From the NCBI GenBank assembly GCA_964391355.1, contig CAYMJY010000003.1, positions 200 to 64,199 of the forward strand: a stretch of 64,000 nucleotides of DNA, given 5' to 3'. Below, piece by piece: positions 30,607 to 39,563 of the stretch. Numbering within the stretch: the first letter of the stretch is position 1; each line of letters begins with the position of its first letter. The position numbers and the translations under genes are program-made. The stretch comes from an uncultured Dehalococcoidia bacterium. GTDB taxonomy: Bacteria; Chloroflexota; Dehalococcoidia; Lucifugimonadales; Australimonadaceae. The notes beneath the pieces are model-generated. The model did not search any database and had not been told where the DNA came from. It saw only the letters and a list, made by a program, of their open reading frames with translations.

Positions 30607-30615
30607 AAATTCAGC

Positions 30616-31080
30616 ATGCAGTTAATATTAAATCATTCAAACAAAACACGAAAACTTGGTAATTGGTTGGCAGAGTATCTTGTTCCAGGTGATTTAGTTC
30701 TCTTATCAGGGGAATTGGGCGCAGGAAAAACAACCTTTGCGCAAGGAGTGGCTGAAGGTCTGGGTGTAATCGGGTACGTACCTAGCCCAACATTTATCAT
30801 TGTGCATGAGCATGTAGGTATATACCCATTGTTCCATATCGATTTATACCGCTTAAACCATCCCGCTGAGTTCTCTGACCTTGCTGTCCATGAAATGCTT
30901 GAAAGAGGTATAGTCCTAGTGGAGTGGCCTGAAATGGCAGGGCAATATATAGGTGATGATTATTTGAAAATTACATTTGAACATCAAAGTGAAACCAGTA
31001 GGGTGATTGAATTCACAAGAATAAATGACCGTTTCAGGAAAATTTTCCAGGAATTTGATCCTCTGGCTATTCAACAATAA
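30616..31080 (+). CDS. tsaE: tRNA t6A biosynthesis ATPase TsaE
   Basis: GELGAGKTTFAQG, PTF and HIDLYRL motifs. Confidence 0.9.
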   Translation: MQLILNHSNKTRKLGNWLAEYLVPGDLVLLSGELGAGKTTFAQGVAEGLGVIGYVPSPTFIIVHEHVGIYPLFHIDLYRLNHPAEFSDLAVHEMLERGIVLVEWPEMAGQYIGDDYLKITFEHQSETSRVIEFTRINDRFRKIFQEFDPLAIQQ

Positions 31081-31736
31081 TGCATCTTGTAATTGATACT
31101 TCGACCAAAACAGGAGCTATCGGATTATGTAAAGGACCCGATTTGCTTGCATTTAAGCAATGGAAAACAGAACAAAACCATACTGCAGAATTACTGCCCG
31201 CGTTGGATAGCTTAGTACTAGAAGTCGGGATCGACCTGAAGCAACTTTCTGCAATAGGTGCAGTAAAAGGCCCTGGTGGATTTAGCTCTCTCAGGGCTGG
31301 AATACTTACCGTACAAGGCTTAGCTTATGGATTGGGCAAGCCAGTGATAGCTGTAAATGCCTTAGATGTACTTGCAGCAGCTTCGTCTCATTTAGCCTAT
31401 TCAATATGTGCTTTGGTTGAAGTTGGCCGGAAACAGGTCGTGTCTTTGATGCAAGTTGGTGGTGTCTCAGTTAAACGAACAGGACCGATGGCAATAGAAG
31501 ATGTCATTGCAACAACCGCACCAGGCACTGTTTTCGTCAGTAATGGGTATGTAGTGAACGATGAAACCATACGGAACAATGGCTTTCAAAGTGCAGTGAT
31601 AGATTTTGAATCTCTTTTGAGCGAACTTGGCAAATTGGTACTCATGCGTATTGAATCAGGAGATGTGAGCGAACCCGGTAAAATATCCCCCGAATATTCA
31701 AGAGACCCCAACATTGGCGTAATGAACAAAAAATAA
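31080..31736 (+). CDS. tsaB: tRNA t6A biosynthesis protein TsaB
   Basis: LVIDTSTKTGAIGL and GPGGFSSLRAG. Overlaps the tsaE stop. Confidence 0.85.
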   Translation: MHLVIDTSTKTGAIGLCKGPDLLAFKQWKTEQNHTAELLPALDSLVLEVGIDLKQLSAIGAVKGPGGFSSLRAGILTVQGLAYGLGKPVIAVNALDVLAAASSHLAYSICALVEVGRKQVVSLMQVGGVSVKRTGPMAIEDVIATTAPGTVFVSNGYVVNDETIRNNGFQSAVIDFESLLSELGKLVLMRIESGDVSEPGKISPEYSRDPNIGVMNKK

Positions 31737-31745
31737 CTACCTCTG

Positions 31746-31777
31746 AGTATTATGTTAGCCTAAATAAACATAATACT
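31746..31777. repeat. perfect 11-bp inverted repeat (AGTATTATGTT-10 nt-AACATAATACT) between tsaB and ndk; function unknown
   Basis: Read directly from the sequence. The stem is AT-rich and is not followed by a T-tract. Confidence 0.7.
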
Positions 31778-31795
31778 TGAGTGCTATGAGGAGCT

Positions 31796-32251
31796 TTGAT
31801 GGAACGTACATTGTGTTTGCTTAAACCTGATGCAGTCCAGCGTGGTTTAGTTGGAAGGATAGTGGATCGGTTTGAGAATAAGGGTTTGAAGATTGTTGGT
31901 ATGAAAATGATTTGGATGGATTTGGACTTAGCAAAAGTGCACTATGAGGCGCATGTTGATAAACCATTTTTCCCAGGCATGTCAGGTTTCATGACATCAA
32001 GCCCTATTTTGGCTTTGGCTTTAGAGGGTGATAACGCCGTAGAAGTTTTGCGGAATATGATGGGTGCAACCAACCCACAGAACGCGGACTTTGGCACGAT
32101 AAGAGCTGATTTTGCTATAAGCATAGGTAGGAATTTAGTTCATGGATCGGATTCTACTGAGTCTGCGAAAAGAGAATTGGGAATCTTCTTTAAGGAAAAT
32201 GAGATATTTGAATACGGGCGCGATCAAGAAAAATGGATTATTGAATCCTGA
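31796..32251 (+). CDS. ndk: nucleoside-diphosphate kinase
   Basis: MERTLCLLKPDAVQRGL and active-site NLVHGSDS. TTG 31796 or ATG 31799; GAGGAG SD upstream. Confidence 0.95.
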   Translation: MMERTLCLLKPDAVQRGLVGRIVDRFENKGLKIVGMKMIWMDLDLAKVHYEAHVDKPFFPGMSGFMTSSPILALALEGDNAVEVLRNMMGATNPQNADFGTIRADFAISIGRNLVHGSDSTESAKRELGIFFKENEIFEYGRDQEKWIIES

Positions 32252-32513
32252 CCATGGTTGTCGCTTTTTCCCATAATCCGTCTAAATCATACCAAGATCG
32301 ATTTTCTTCGCTAAAAATATGAGTGACGAAGTTACCTGAATCTAGTAAAACCCATCCTGAACTAGCTTCACCTTCGACGTGATGAACAGGGAGTCCTCTG
32401 TCCCACATCATGTCTTTCAACTTTTTCGATAAGGTGTCTATTTGCCGAGGGTTGTCAGCAGTCATGATAATCAGATGGTCGCAATAATCAGACTCTTCAG
32501 AAATATCCAACAA
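32238..32513 (-). CDS. rsfS: ribosome silencing factor RsfS (minimal ORF; true start probably upstream at a near-cognate codon, about 32579)
   Basis: DYCDHLIIMTADNPRQ...WVLLDSGNFVTHIF...YDLDGLW. The conserved N-terminal helix (EAIRSVIDIASDSQAADIVLLDI) continues upstream of the TTG in the same frame. Confidence 0.85.
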   Translation of the reverse strand: MLDISEESDYCDHLIIMTADNPRQIDTLSKKLKDMMWDRGLPVHHVEGEASSGWVLLDSGNFVTHIFSEENRSWYDLDGLWEKATTMVRIQ

Positions 32514-32622
32514 AACTATGTCTGCAGCCTGACTGTCAGATGCTATGTCAATTACTGATCGTATTGCTTCAATTGTAATGATGCACTCTCTCTATTCAGT
32601 TGCCCTATTATATGTCGAGTGG

Positions 32623-32654
32623 GTTTTAATATATCATTAGTGTTTTAATATAAT
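32623..32654 (+). promoter_or_regulatory. candidate mnmA promoter containing an 11-nt direct repeat GTTTTAATATA (32623 and 32642)
   Basis: TATAAT at 32649-32654, 19 nt before ATG 32674. TTAATA sits 17 nt upstream as a weak -35. Confidence 0.3.
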
Positions 32655-32673
32655 TCAGATGGGTTGATTATAA

Positions 32674-33780
32674 ATGTCAAGTTTAGACAAACCTAAAATT
32701 AAAGAGAGAGTAGTAGTTGCGATGTCGGGCGGTGTTGATTCGTCCGTTGCTGCCTACTTGCTTACAACACAAGGTTATGAAGTTCTTGGAGTCACAATGA
32801 GACTTTGGTCTGCAGAGGATGATTCAATTTCCTCTACGCATCAAGGTTGTTGTTCAATAGATGATATAGAAGATGCACGAATGGTTTGCCAGCAACTGGG
32901 CATTCCGCATTATGTGCTTAATGTTGAACAAGAGTTCAAATCCCACGTTATAGGCTATTTCTTACAACAATACCAGAACGGAAGAACTCCTCATCCATGT
33001 ATTGCATGTAATGACAAAATCAAATTTGATTTTCTTTTGCGCAGGTCGTTGGCTTGGGACGCAAACTTCATAGCGACTGGCCATTATGCTCGTATTAATT
33101 TCGAGCAGGACAAATATCGATTGTCGAGGGGTATTGATTCAAGCAAAGATCAATCATATGTGTTATTTGGGTTAGGCCAAGAACAGCTCTCCCGTATTCT
33201 TCTACCTATTGGTGATTTCGATAAAAATTCAATCAGAAAATTTGCCGAGGAAGCTGGACTACATCTTGCCAATAAAGCTGACAGCCAAGAAATATGTTTC
33301 ATCCCACAAGGCACATATCATGAATTTTTGAATGCCCATTCGGAATCCCTTCCTGGAGATTTGGTAGACAAGTACGGCAAAGTCTTGGGCCAGCATCCCG
33401 GTGTTGGGCATTACACAATTGGTCAGCGGCGCGGACTAGGTTTAGCCTCAGGTGAACGAATGTTTGTCACCAATATAGAACCAGTGTCTAGGCAAGTAGT
33501 TGTAGGACCCGAGGATGATCTTTTTCAAACTGGAGCATTTGTAGAGTCTGTAAATTATGTCACCGACGAAATACCGGCTCATCCTGTTAGAATCCATGCA
33601 CAAATTCGTTACAATTCCAAAGCTAAACCCGCCTTACTCATGCCATCAGAAGATGGTGCCGAGATTTGGTTTGAAGAGCCCCAAAAGGCAATCACTCCAG
33701 GTCAGGCTGCAGTTTTTTATGCGGATGAACAAGTACTCGGTGGAGGGTACATCAAGAACCCGATTTTAACTCGAAGCTAA
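32674..33780 (+). CDS. mnmA: tRNA-specific 2-thiouridylase MnmA
   Basis: PP-loop VVVAMSGGVDSSVAA, CIACN and KDQSYVL. Confidence 0.94.
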   Translation: MSSLDKPKIKERVVVAMSGGVDSSVAAYLLTTQGYEVLGVTMRLWSAEDDSISSTHQGCCSIDDIEDARMVCQQLGIPHYVLNVEQEFKSHVIGYFLQQYQNGRTPHPCIACNDKIKFDFLLRRSLAWDANFIATGHYARINFEQDKYRLSRGIDSSKDQSYVLFGLGQEQLSRILLPIGDFDKNSIRKFAEEAGLHLANKADSQEICFIPQGTYHEFLNAHSESLPGDLVDKYGKVLGQHPGVGHYTIGQRRGLGLASGERMFVTNIEPVSRQVVVGPEDDLFQTGAFVESVNYVTDEIPAHPVRIHAQIRYNSKAKPALLMPSEDGAEIWFEEPQKAITPGQAAVFYADEQVLGGGYIKNPILTRS

Positions 33781-34418
33781 TGACCTCCTCTTTCATTGCT
33801 ACTCAAGAAGAAGAGAAGCTTTTATGGAGAAGAGGTTACGCAGTCGTTGCAGGTATCGATGAAGTGGGCAGAGGTGCTCTTGCGGGCCCTGTTGTTGCAG
33901 CTGCAGTAATCCTACCTGATTTTGATAACATAGAGTCACAAAATTTAGGGTTGATCAAAGATAGCAAAACACTTTCCGAAAAGCGCCGTGAAATAGCTGC
34001 AAGGGTAATTCGCTCTATAGCAATAGCTATAGGAATTGGCGAGGTTTCCTCAAGCACAATCGATGAAATTGGGATCGGACCTGCCACAAGCAAGGCCATG
34101 CTATTGGCTTTAGGGGATATTTCAATTAGGCCTGATTATTTATTGATCGATGGGAATGTTGGACTCAACTGGGAATCGGTACCCTGTAAAACTATAATCA
34201 AAGGTGATAAGTACTGCAGCGCTATTGCCGCGGCATCGTTAATTGCAAAAGTTCACAGAGACGGAGTGATGCGTGAATTTTCCATTTCATACCCTTCATA
34301 TAAATTTGATAGGAACAAAGGTTACGGCGTAAATGATCACCTAACTGCTATTGAGAAGATTGGAATTTGTCCGATTCATAGAAGGAGCTTCGCTCCTATA
34401 AATAAAATGACCACATAA
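33780..34418 (+). CDS. rnhB: ribonuclease HII
   Basis: GIDEVGRGALAGPVVAAAV, DSKTLS and LIDG. TAATG overlap with mnmA. Confidence 0.93.
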   Translation: MTSSFIATQEEEKLLWRRGYAVVAGIDEVGRGALAGPVVAAAVILPDFDNIESQNLGLIKDSKTLSEKRREIAARVIRSIAIAIGIGEVSSSTIDEIGIGPATSKAMLLALGDISIRPDYLLIDGNVGLNWESVPCKTIIKGDKYCSAIAAASLIAKVHRDGVMREFSISYPSYKFDRNKGYGVNDHLTAIEKIGICPIHRRSFAPINKMTT

Positions 34419-34431
34419 CAGTTGACTTAAT

Positions 34432-35010
34432 TTACTGAGTATCAGTCAGGCCATATTCTTCGGATATTCGAGAAGCGGTTGGCATGCTTTGGCCTTGATA
34501 CTTTGAGCCAAGGACTCTGGATCCATAAAGATTTTCAGCAGGAGTAGTAAGTTTCAAGAAACTAATTTGTCCAATTTTCATTCGGTGGTAAAGAGTTATT
34601 GGCAAATTCGAAACATTTGATAGCTCTAAAGTCAGATTCCCTTGCCACCCAGGGTCCACATAACCAGCTGTAGAGTGGATTAACAATCCTATTCTGCCTA
34701 AAGAACTTTTACCTTCAAGTCTTGCAACCAAATCATCAGGAACTTCCACGTGCTCCAATGTGCTACCAAGTACAAATTCGCCTGGATGTAGCATGAATGG
34801 ATCATCATCACCAATTGTCACTAACTCAGTTAGCCTTTCCGAATTAGACCTAATATCTATATAAGGGACTCTATTGTTTCTGAAAACAAGAATATGGCGA
34901 TCCAAATGGAGATCAACACTAGCAGGCTGAATCGAATCCTCTGCTAAGGGTTCGATTACAATCCTTTTTTTCTGTATTTGCTCTCTAATTGTACGGTCAC
35001 TTAGGACCAT
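34432..35010 (-). CDS. dcd: dCTP deaminase
   Basis: LHPGEFVLGSTLE, GKSSLGRIGLLIH and NLTLEL. GGAG SD upstream. Confidence 0.9.
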   Translation of the reverse strand: MVLSDRTIREQIQKKRIVIEPLAEDSIQPASVDLHLDRHILVFRNNRVPYIDIRSNSERLTELVTIGDDDPFMLHPGEFVLGSTLEHVEVPDDLVARLEGKSSLGRIGLLIHSTAGYVDPGWQGNLTLELSNVSNLPITLYHRMKIGQISFLKLTTPAENLYGSRVLGSKYQGQSMPTASRISEEYGLTDTQ

Positions 35011-35065
35011 TTGATTCTCCTAACAAATTCATTCTAAAGTGATTCTAATCTTTAATTGGGGAAAA

Positions 35066-35866
35066 TTAATAGGGTATCGTTCTATTGCCGCCGCCAGCAA
35101 CTGAAAGAGCTTCACCTGTGATGGATTGAGCGAGTGGAGAGCATAAATATGTCACGACGCCACCAATTTCATTAGAAGCGACGACTCTCTTCAAGGCTGT
35201 GGAGTTAGCATCTTGCAAATCTAAAGTCGCTGGAGAAACACCAGACTTTGCTGAGATCATCTCAAGTCGCGCTTTTCTATTTTCAGTAATGACAGCGCCA
35301 GGAAGAACCGCATTGGATGTAATGCCGTATGGCCCCAGTTCCTTTGACAAACTTTTCGTTAGACTAATAAGCGCAATATTACGCATACCAGCACTAATTG
35401 CTACCCCACCTCTAGCGGCCATGCCACTGATATTAATTATTCTCCCCCATTGATTCTTCATCATCTGAGGTGCTGCTTCTCGAGCTGCTCTAACGTATCC
35501 AAGCATCTTGGTTTCAAAATCGTAACGAAGTAGTTCATCATTGCCCTCTAACAAACTATCTGGTGTCGGTCCTCCCGATACCCTTGCAGCGTTGTTAACT
35601 AGGATGTCTAATCCGCCCAACTTAGCGATAGTTTCCGATAGTAGCGCTTTGATTGATAAATGATTTCCCATATCAGCATGCACGCCATACACATCTGAAG
35701 ATGTGGATTTGCTTAACTCTGTAGCTGCTTTTGTTATTTCTTCTACGTTACGTGAGCAAATGACTACTCTCACACCTTCACTGGCAAGTGCATGTGCCAC
35801 TGCCTTGCCAATGCCTCGACTTCCACCCGTAACCAATGCACGTTTCCCGCTTAATTGCAGATTCAC
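35066..35866 (-). CDS. SDR family oxidoreductase
   Basis: Cofactor motif ALVTGGSRGIGKA and NNAA. A GGGAG SD favours GTG 35866 (MNLQLSGKRALVTGG) over TTG 35878. Confidence 0.85.
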   Translation of the reverse strand: MNLQLSGKRALVTGGSRGIGKAVAHALASEGVRVVICSRNVEEITKAATELSKSTSSDVYGVHADMGNHLSIKALLSETIAKLGGLDILVNNAARVSGGPTPDSLLEGNDELLRYDFETKMLGYVRAAREAAPQMMKNQWGRIINISGMAARGGVAISAGMRNIALISLTKSLSKELGPYGITSNAVLPGAVITENRKARLEMISAKSGVSPATLDLQDANSTALKRVVASNEIGGVVTYLCSPLAQSITGEALSVAGGGNRTIPY

Positions 35867-35887
35867 GAACGCTCCCAATTTTGTTCT

Positions 35888-35920
35888 TAATAAAGGTGCT
35901 TTACCGAAGCACCTTTATTA
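35888..35920 (-). terminator. intrinsic-terminator-like hairpin downstream of hppA (symmetric, possibly bidirectional)
   Basis: Perfect 12-bp arms TAATAAAGGTGC / GCACCTTTATTA around a 9-nt loop. On the minus strand the GGTGC-loop-GCACC core is followed by TTTATT. Confidence 0.55.
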
Positions 35921-35938
35921 AAGTAATTTTCAATGAAA

Positions 35939-38011
35939 TTAAGCCACAAAAACACTACCAAATACCACTGCAACTATCGCCATGAGCTTAATAAGTATAT
36001 TTAAAGCTGGACCCGAGGTATCTTTAAACGGATCTCCTACTGTGTCACCAACAACAGCAGCTTCGTGGTTGCTTGTACCTTTACCACCATGCGCCCCCGC
36101 TTCAACATACTTCTTGGCGTTGTCCCACGCACCTCCGGCATTGGCCATGGTTATAGCCATAAGTGAACCGGCACTGATGGAACCTATCAAAAGCCCACCT
36201 ACAGCTTCAGCGCCCAAAAATGGTATAAGGCCAACTACAATCGGAACAATTACTGCCAATAGACCTGGCAGAATCATTTCTCTTAACGCACCATTTGTGC
36301 TGATTGCAACGCAGCGGGCATATTCTGCACGTACTCCCTTTTTCCCTTCTTTGAGCCCTGGGATGTCACGAAATTGTCGACGTACTTCTTCAACCATGTC
36401 TTGTGCGGCTCGTCCCACGGCCTCCATTGTTAAAGCACTGAAAACAAAAGGCATAAGAGCGCCTAATAACAAACCTACCAAGGTAGAAGTCTTTAGCAAA
36501 TCGATAACCTGCAAATCAACAACTTTGGCGTACGCGGCCATCAAGGCGAGTGCTGTTAGTACAGCAGATCCGATTGCAAAGCCTTTCCCAGTGGCAGCAG
36601 TTGTGTTACCTAAAGAGTCAAGAGCATCTGTACGTTCCCTGACTTCAGGATCAAGAGATGCCTGCTCAGCTATAGCACCAGCATTATCAGCAACTGGTCC
36701 ATAAGCGTCTGTGGCTAGCGTGATCCCAAGAGTAGAAAGCATTCCGACTGCCGCGATCGCAATGCCATACAAACCTGCAAGATGGTTTGCTCCTAATACT
36801 GCTGCGGCAATTATGAGTAAAGGCACCACCGTACTTAACATTCCAGTGGCGAATCCGGAAATAATTACTGTTGCAGGACCAGTAGTTGTTCTGCTGGCTA
36901 AACCCTTTGTTGGTTTATATTCGTAAGAAGTGTAGTACTCAGTACTGATACCGATTATCACTCCGGATCCCAAGCCTACAGCAACTGCCCCCCAAACCTG
37001 CCATACTTTGGACATCCCTAATGGAATTGCAGATTCGATCTCGAATAAGTAATAAATGGCGCCGAATGACCCTAAAAGAGCCAAAATACCTGCAGAAAAA
37101 ATACCCCTGCGAAGAGCCCAAAGTAAAGATCCCATCGATGCATTTTCGCCAGTCCTCACCAAAAATGTACCAATGATCGATGAAATAATACCAACGCCAG
37201 CGATTAAGAAAGGTAATACTGCTAAGCTTGAATCCACTTTCAACTCATTGATTGACGCGTCTGGAAATAAGAAAGCTGTGCCAGTCATTGCCAAGGCTAA
37301 ACTGGCAATGATAGATCCAACATAAGACTCAAATAAATCTGCACCCATTCCCGCGACATCTCCGACATTATCGCCTACATTGTCAGCAATGACCGCGGCA
37401 TTACGAGGGTCGTCTTCTGGGATACCAGCTTCAACTTTACCTGCCAAATCTCCGCCTACGTCGGCAGCTTTAGTATAAATGCCTCCTCCGACACGTGCGA
37501 ACAAAGCAATAGAAGAGGCTCCAAAGCTAAAGCCTGCAACTATCTGGGGATCCTTAAAAACCATCCACATGATCAAGGCACCGAGAATTCCAGTGCCAAC
37601 CACGCTAATACCCATCACTCCGCCTGAGGAAAAAGCGACGCGAAGCGCAGGGTTTAGGCCTTTGATTGCTGCTGCTGCAGTTCGCATATTTGCTTGAACT
37701 GCAATACGCATACCTATAATTCCAGTAAGGCCCGAAGCAAAAGCTCCAACTAGATACGCAATTGAAGTTTCAGGTTTTTGACCTTCGGTTGTTAGTCCTA
37801 GTATTAATAAAATAGCGGACACAATTATTACAAAAACCAACAAAACAGTGTACTCACGCTTCAGGAAAGCATTTGCACCTTCTTGAATGGCATTACCAAT
37901 CTCTCGCATTCGCTCGTTACCAGTATCGGCTGCTAGTACTTGGCGTGCCAAAATAATGGCAAAAACAAGAGCGAGAATTCCAGCACCGATGACCAAATAG
38001 AGGCCAGTCAT
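35939..38011 (-). CDS. hppA: membrane-bound proton/sodium-translocating pyrophosphatase (K+-dependent-type signature)
   Basis: About 16 TM helices, with DNVGDNVGD and GNTTAATGKGFAIGSA; Ala rather than Lys in GNTT[A/K]A is the K+-dependent signature. GGAGGA SD 6 nt before ATG 38011. Confidence 0.94.
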   Translation of the reverse strand: MTGLYLVIGAGILALVFAIILARQVLAADTGNERMREIGNAIQEGANAFLKREYTVLLVFVIIVSAILLILGLTTEGQKPETSIAYLVGAFASGLTGIIGMRIAVQANMRTAAAAIKGLNPALRVAFSSGGVMGISVVGTGILGALIMWMVFKDPQIVAGFSFGASSIALFARVGGGIYTKAADVGGDLAGKVEAGIPEDDPRNAAVIADNVGDNVGDVAGMGADLFESYVGSIIASLALAMTGTAFLFPDASINELKVDSSLAVLPFLIAGVGIISSIIGTFLVRTGENASMGSLLWALRRGIFSAGILALLGSFGAIYYLFEIESAIPLGMSKVWQVWGAVAVGLGSGVIIGISTEYYTSYEYKPTKGLASRTTTGPATVIISGFATGMLSTVVPLLIIAAAVLGANHLAGLYGIAIAAVGMLSTLGITLATDAYGPVADNAGAIAEQASLDPEVRERTDALDSLGNTTAATGKGFAIGSAVLTALALMAAYAKVVDLQVIDLLKTSTLVGLLLGALMPFVFSALTMEAVGRAAQDMVEEVRRQFRDIPGLKEGKKGVRAEYARCVAISTNGALREMILPGLLAVIVPIVVGLIPFLGAEAVGGLLIGSISAGSLMAITMANAGGAWDNAKKYVEAGAHGGKGTSNHEAAVVGDTVGDPFKDTSGPALNILIKLMAIVAVVFGSVFVA

Positions 38012-38048
38012 GGATTTTCCTCCAAATTCAAACAATTGGGATAGTAAT

Positions 38049-38080
38049 GGCAAAACCGTTACAGATTGAATTTACAGATA
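38049..38080. repeat. three direct copies of TTAC(A/G)GAT (starts 38049, 38062, 38073) in the hppA upstream region
   Basis: Read directly from the sequence. On the minus strand the copies overlap a TTGCGA-17 nt-TAAATT promoter-like arrangement. Confidence 0.5.
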
Positions 38081-38120
38081 GATTACGGATTTCGCAAGGA
38101 AATTGAACAACATATAGCAA

Positions 38121-38753
38121 TCAACGCTCGTGTTTGGAAAGTAATTTCTCCAACCGCCGTTGCCTGAGAGCCATTGTTAAATCACCGCGAGTTCTTTCTA
38201 ATACTGCTCTAAGTTGATCAGTAGTGCGGCGCAAACCACCAGTCAAAGCGTCCGGGAAGTCAATGTTTGTCATCATATTGTAAGCCTCATCCATCTTCCC
38301 CATTAACTCTTCTGATCGAGTATCGTCGTCTTTTCTTAATGAGTCTAAAATGAAACGCCTTAGTTCGCTTGCTGCTTCAGCTATCCCGTTGAGGTATGGA
38401 GCAATTTCAACTCCTAATTCAGCAAACGAAGGGATTTCACTATCAGAAATCAGTGCGTGACAAACCCTTGCTTCTGAATATTCTTTTTGCGCATCTTGTA
38501 TGTAGCCTGTGAAATACAAGTCGGCATGGTTTGTTCGAACTAAATCTTTGATTTTAAAAAGCTTCTCACCAGCCAGGGTGGATAGATTTAAAGCTTCGGC
38601 CATTTCGTGTCTGTGAATACAACGGATAGAATTCGCAGATAAACGAATAATTTCACGAGAGGCTTGAATAGAAACTTCTCTAGCAGCATGCTTTTCACTC
38701 AAACTTCCAAGGATTTCAGTACTGATCAGGGCAAGTTGTTTAACGTAATTCAT
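38121..38753 (-). CDS. translin/TRAX family protein (C3PO-like)
   Basis: AQKEYSEA (compare eukaryotic TRAX QEYVEA), YLNGIAEAASELRR (compare YLLGVADLTGELMR) and a C-terminal GLRRTTDQLRAVLERTRGDL helix. Start moved to ATG 38753 (MNYVKQ); the ORF opens at TTG 38855. Confidence 0.6.
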   Translation of the reverse strand: MNYVKQLALISTEILGSLSEKHAAREVSIQASREIIRLSANSIRCIHRHEMAEALNLSTLAGEKLFKIKDLVRTNHADLYFTGYIQDAQKEYSEARVCHALISDSEIPSFAELGVEIAPYLNGIAEAASELRRFILDSLRKDDDTRSEELMGKMDEAYNMMTNIDFPDALTGGLRRTTDQLRAVLERTRGDLTMALRQRRLEKLLSKHER

Positions 38754-38924
38754 AATAAGAAAGGTTATATCAAAATGCCTAGGTACTGTACCAAAACAAG
38801 TGCCTTTTAAAAGGTTGTGCGACTTTTCACATTCTTCACCCTGTGCTATGCTCAAAGCGCTTGTTAAGCCTATTTAGCAAGCTGCATAAGATCAATTGGC
38901 TTTTGCAGTAGGAGGCAGATTAGC

Positions 38925-39563
38925 ATGCAATCGCCCTCAGACTACGTAGACCCTGATTTAGTTTATGGACAGAGTCAGTTAGCGGAAGACTCCTGGAGTT
39001 CGGATCGCCTTGAAGGGCAGACGATTGAGGAGTTGAAATGGTCAGCTCAAGAAGCTTTTCCAGAACCTCTGATTAAAGTTCCTGATGAATATAAAGGTAA
39101 TGTCGCAGTTACTTCACTAGATGCATTACTTAATTGGAGTCGCCGATCTGCTACATGGCCAGTCGCTTTTGGATTGGCGTGTTGTGTTTTTGAGATGCTT
39201 GCCTCTGCTATGGGCCGCTTTGACTTGGCTCGGTTCGGCATGGAAACGATGCGAGCATCACCTCGTCAAGCCGATTTGTTGATAGTTTCAGGTACTTTAA
39301 CTTGGAAGATGGCTCCAGCTGTGAGGAGAATATATGACCAAATGGCTGAACCTAAATGGGTAATCGCCATGGGAGTTTGTGCTACTTCTGGAGGCCCTTA
39401 CTATCAGGGCTACAGTGTTGTCCCGGGTGTAAATCATATTGTTCCAGTTGATGTGTATGTTCCTGGTTGCCCACCTCGGCCCGACGCATTGCTGTATGGG
39501 ATCATGCAGTTGCATGAAAAAATTAGCCAATACAAGTTGAGAAACGAACCTGCAGGAGGCTAG
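38925..39563 (+). CDS. nuoB: NADH-quinone oxidoreductase subunit B
   Basis: [19 protein letters not shown] and VPGCPPRP (cluster N2 ligands). AGGAGG SD upstream. Hydrophilic N-terminal extension. Confidence 0.94.
   Translation: MQSPSDYVDPDLVYGQSQLAEDSWSSDRLEGQTIEELKWSAQEAFPEPLIKVPDEYKGNVAVTSLDALLNWSRRSATWPVAFGLACCVFEMLASAMGRFDLARFGMETMRASPRQADLLIVSGTLTWKMAPAVRRIYDQMAEPKWVIAMGVCATSGGPYYQGYSVVPGVNHIVPVDVYVPGCPPRPDALLYGIMQLHEKISQYKLRNEPAGG

Noticed and set aside
35982-36704. A 240-aa ORF on the + strand, plus several 60-90-aa ORFs, antisense to hppA
   Set aside because: The sequence is low-complexity and rich in Ala, Pro, Ser and Thr, as expected for the mirror frame of a Gly/Ala/Val-rich membrane protein gene. 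The minus-strand gene has unambiguous H+-PPase motifs and a strong SD.
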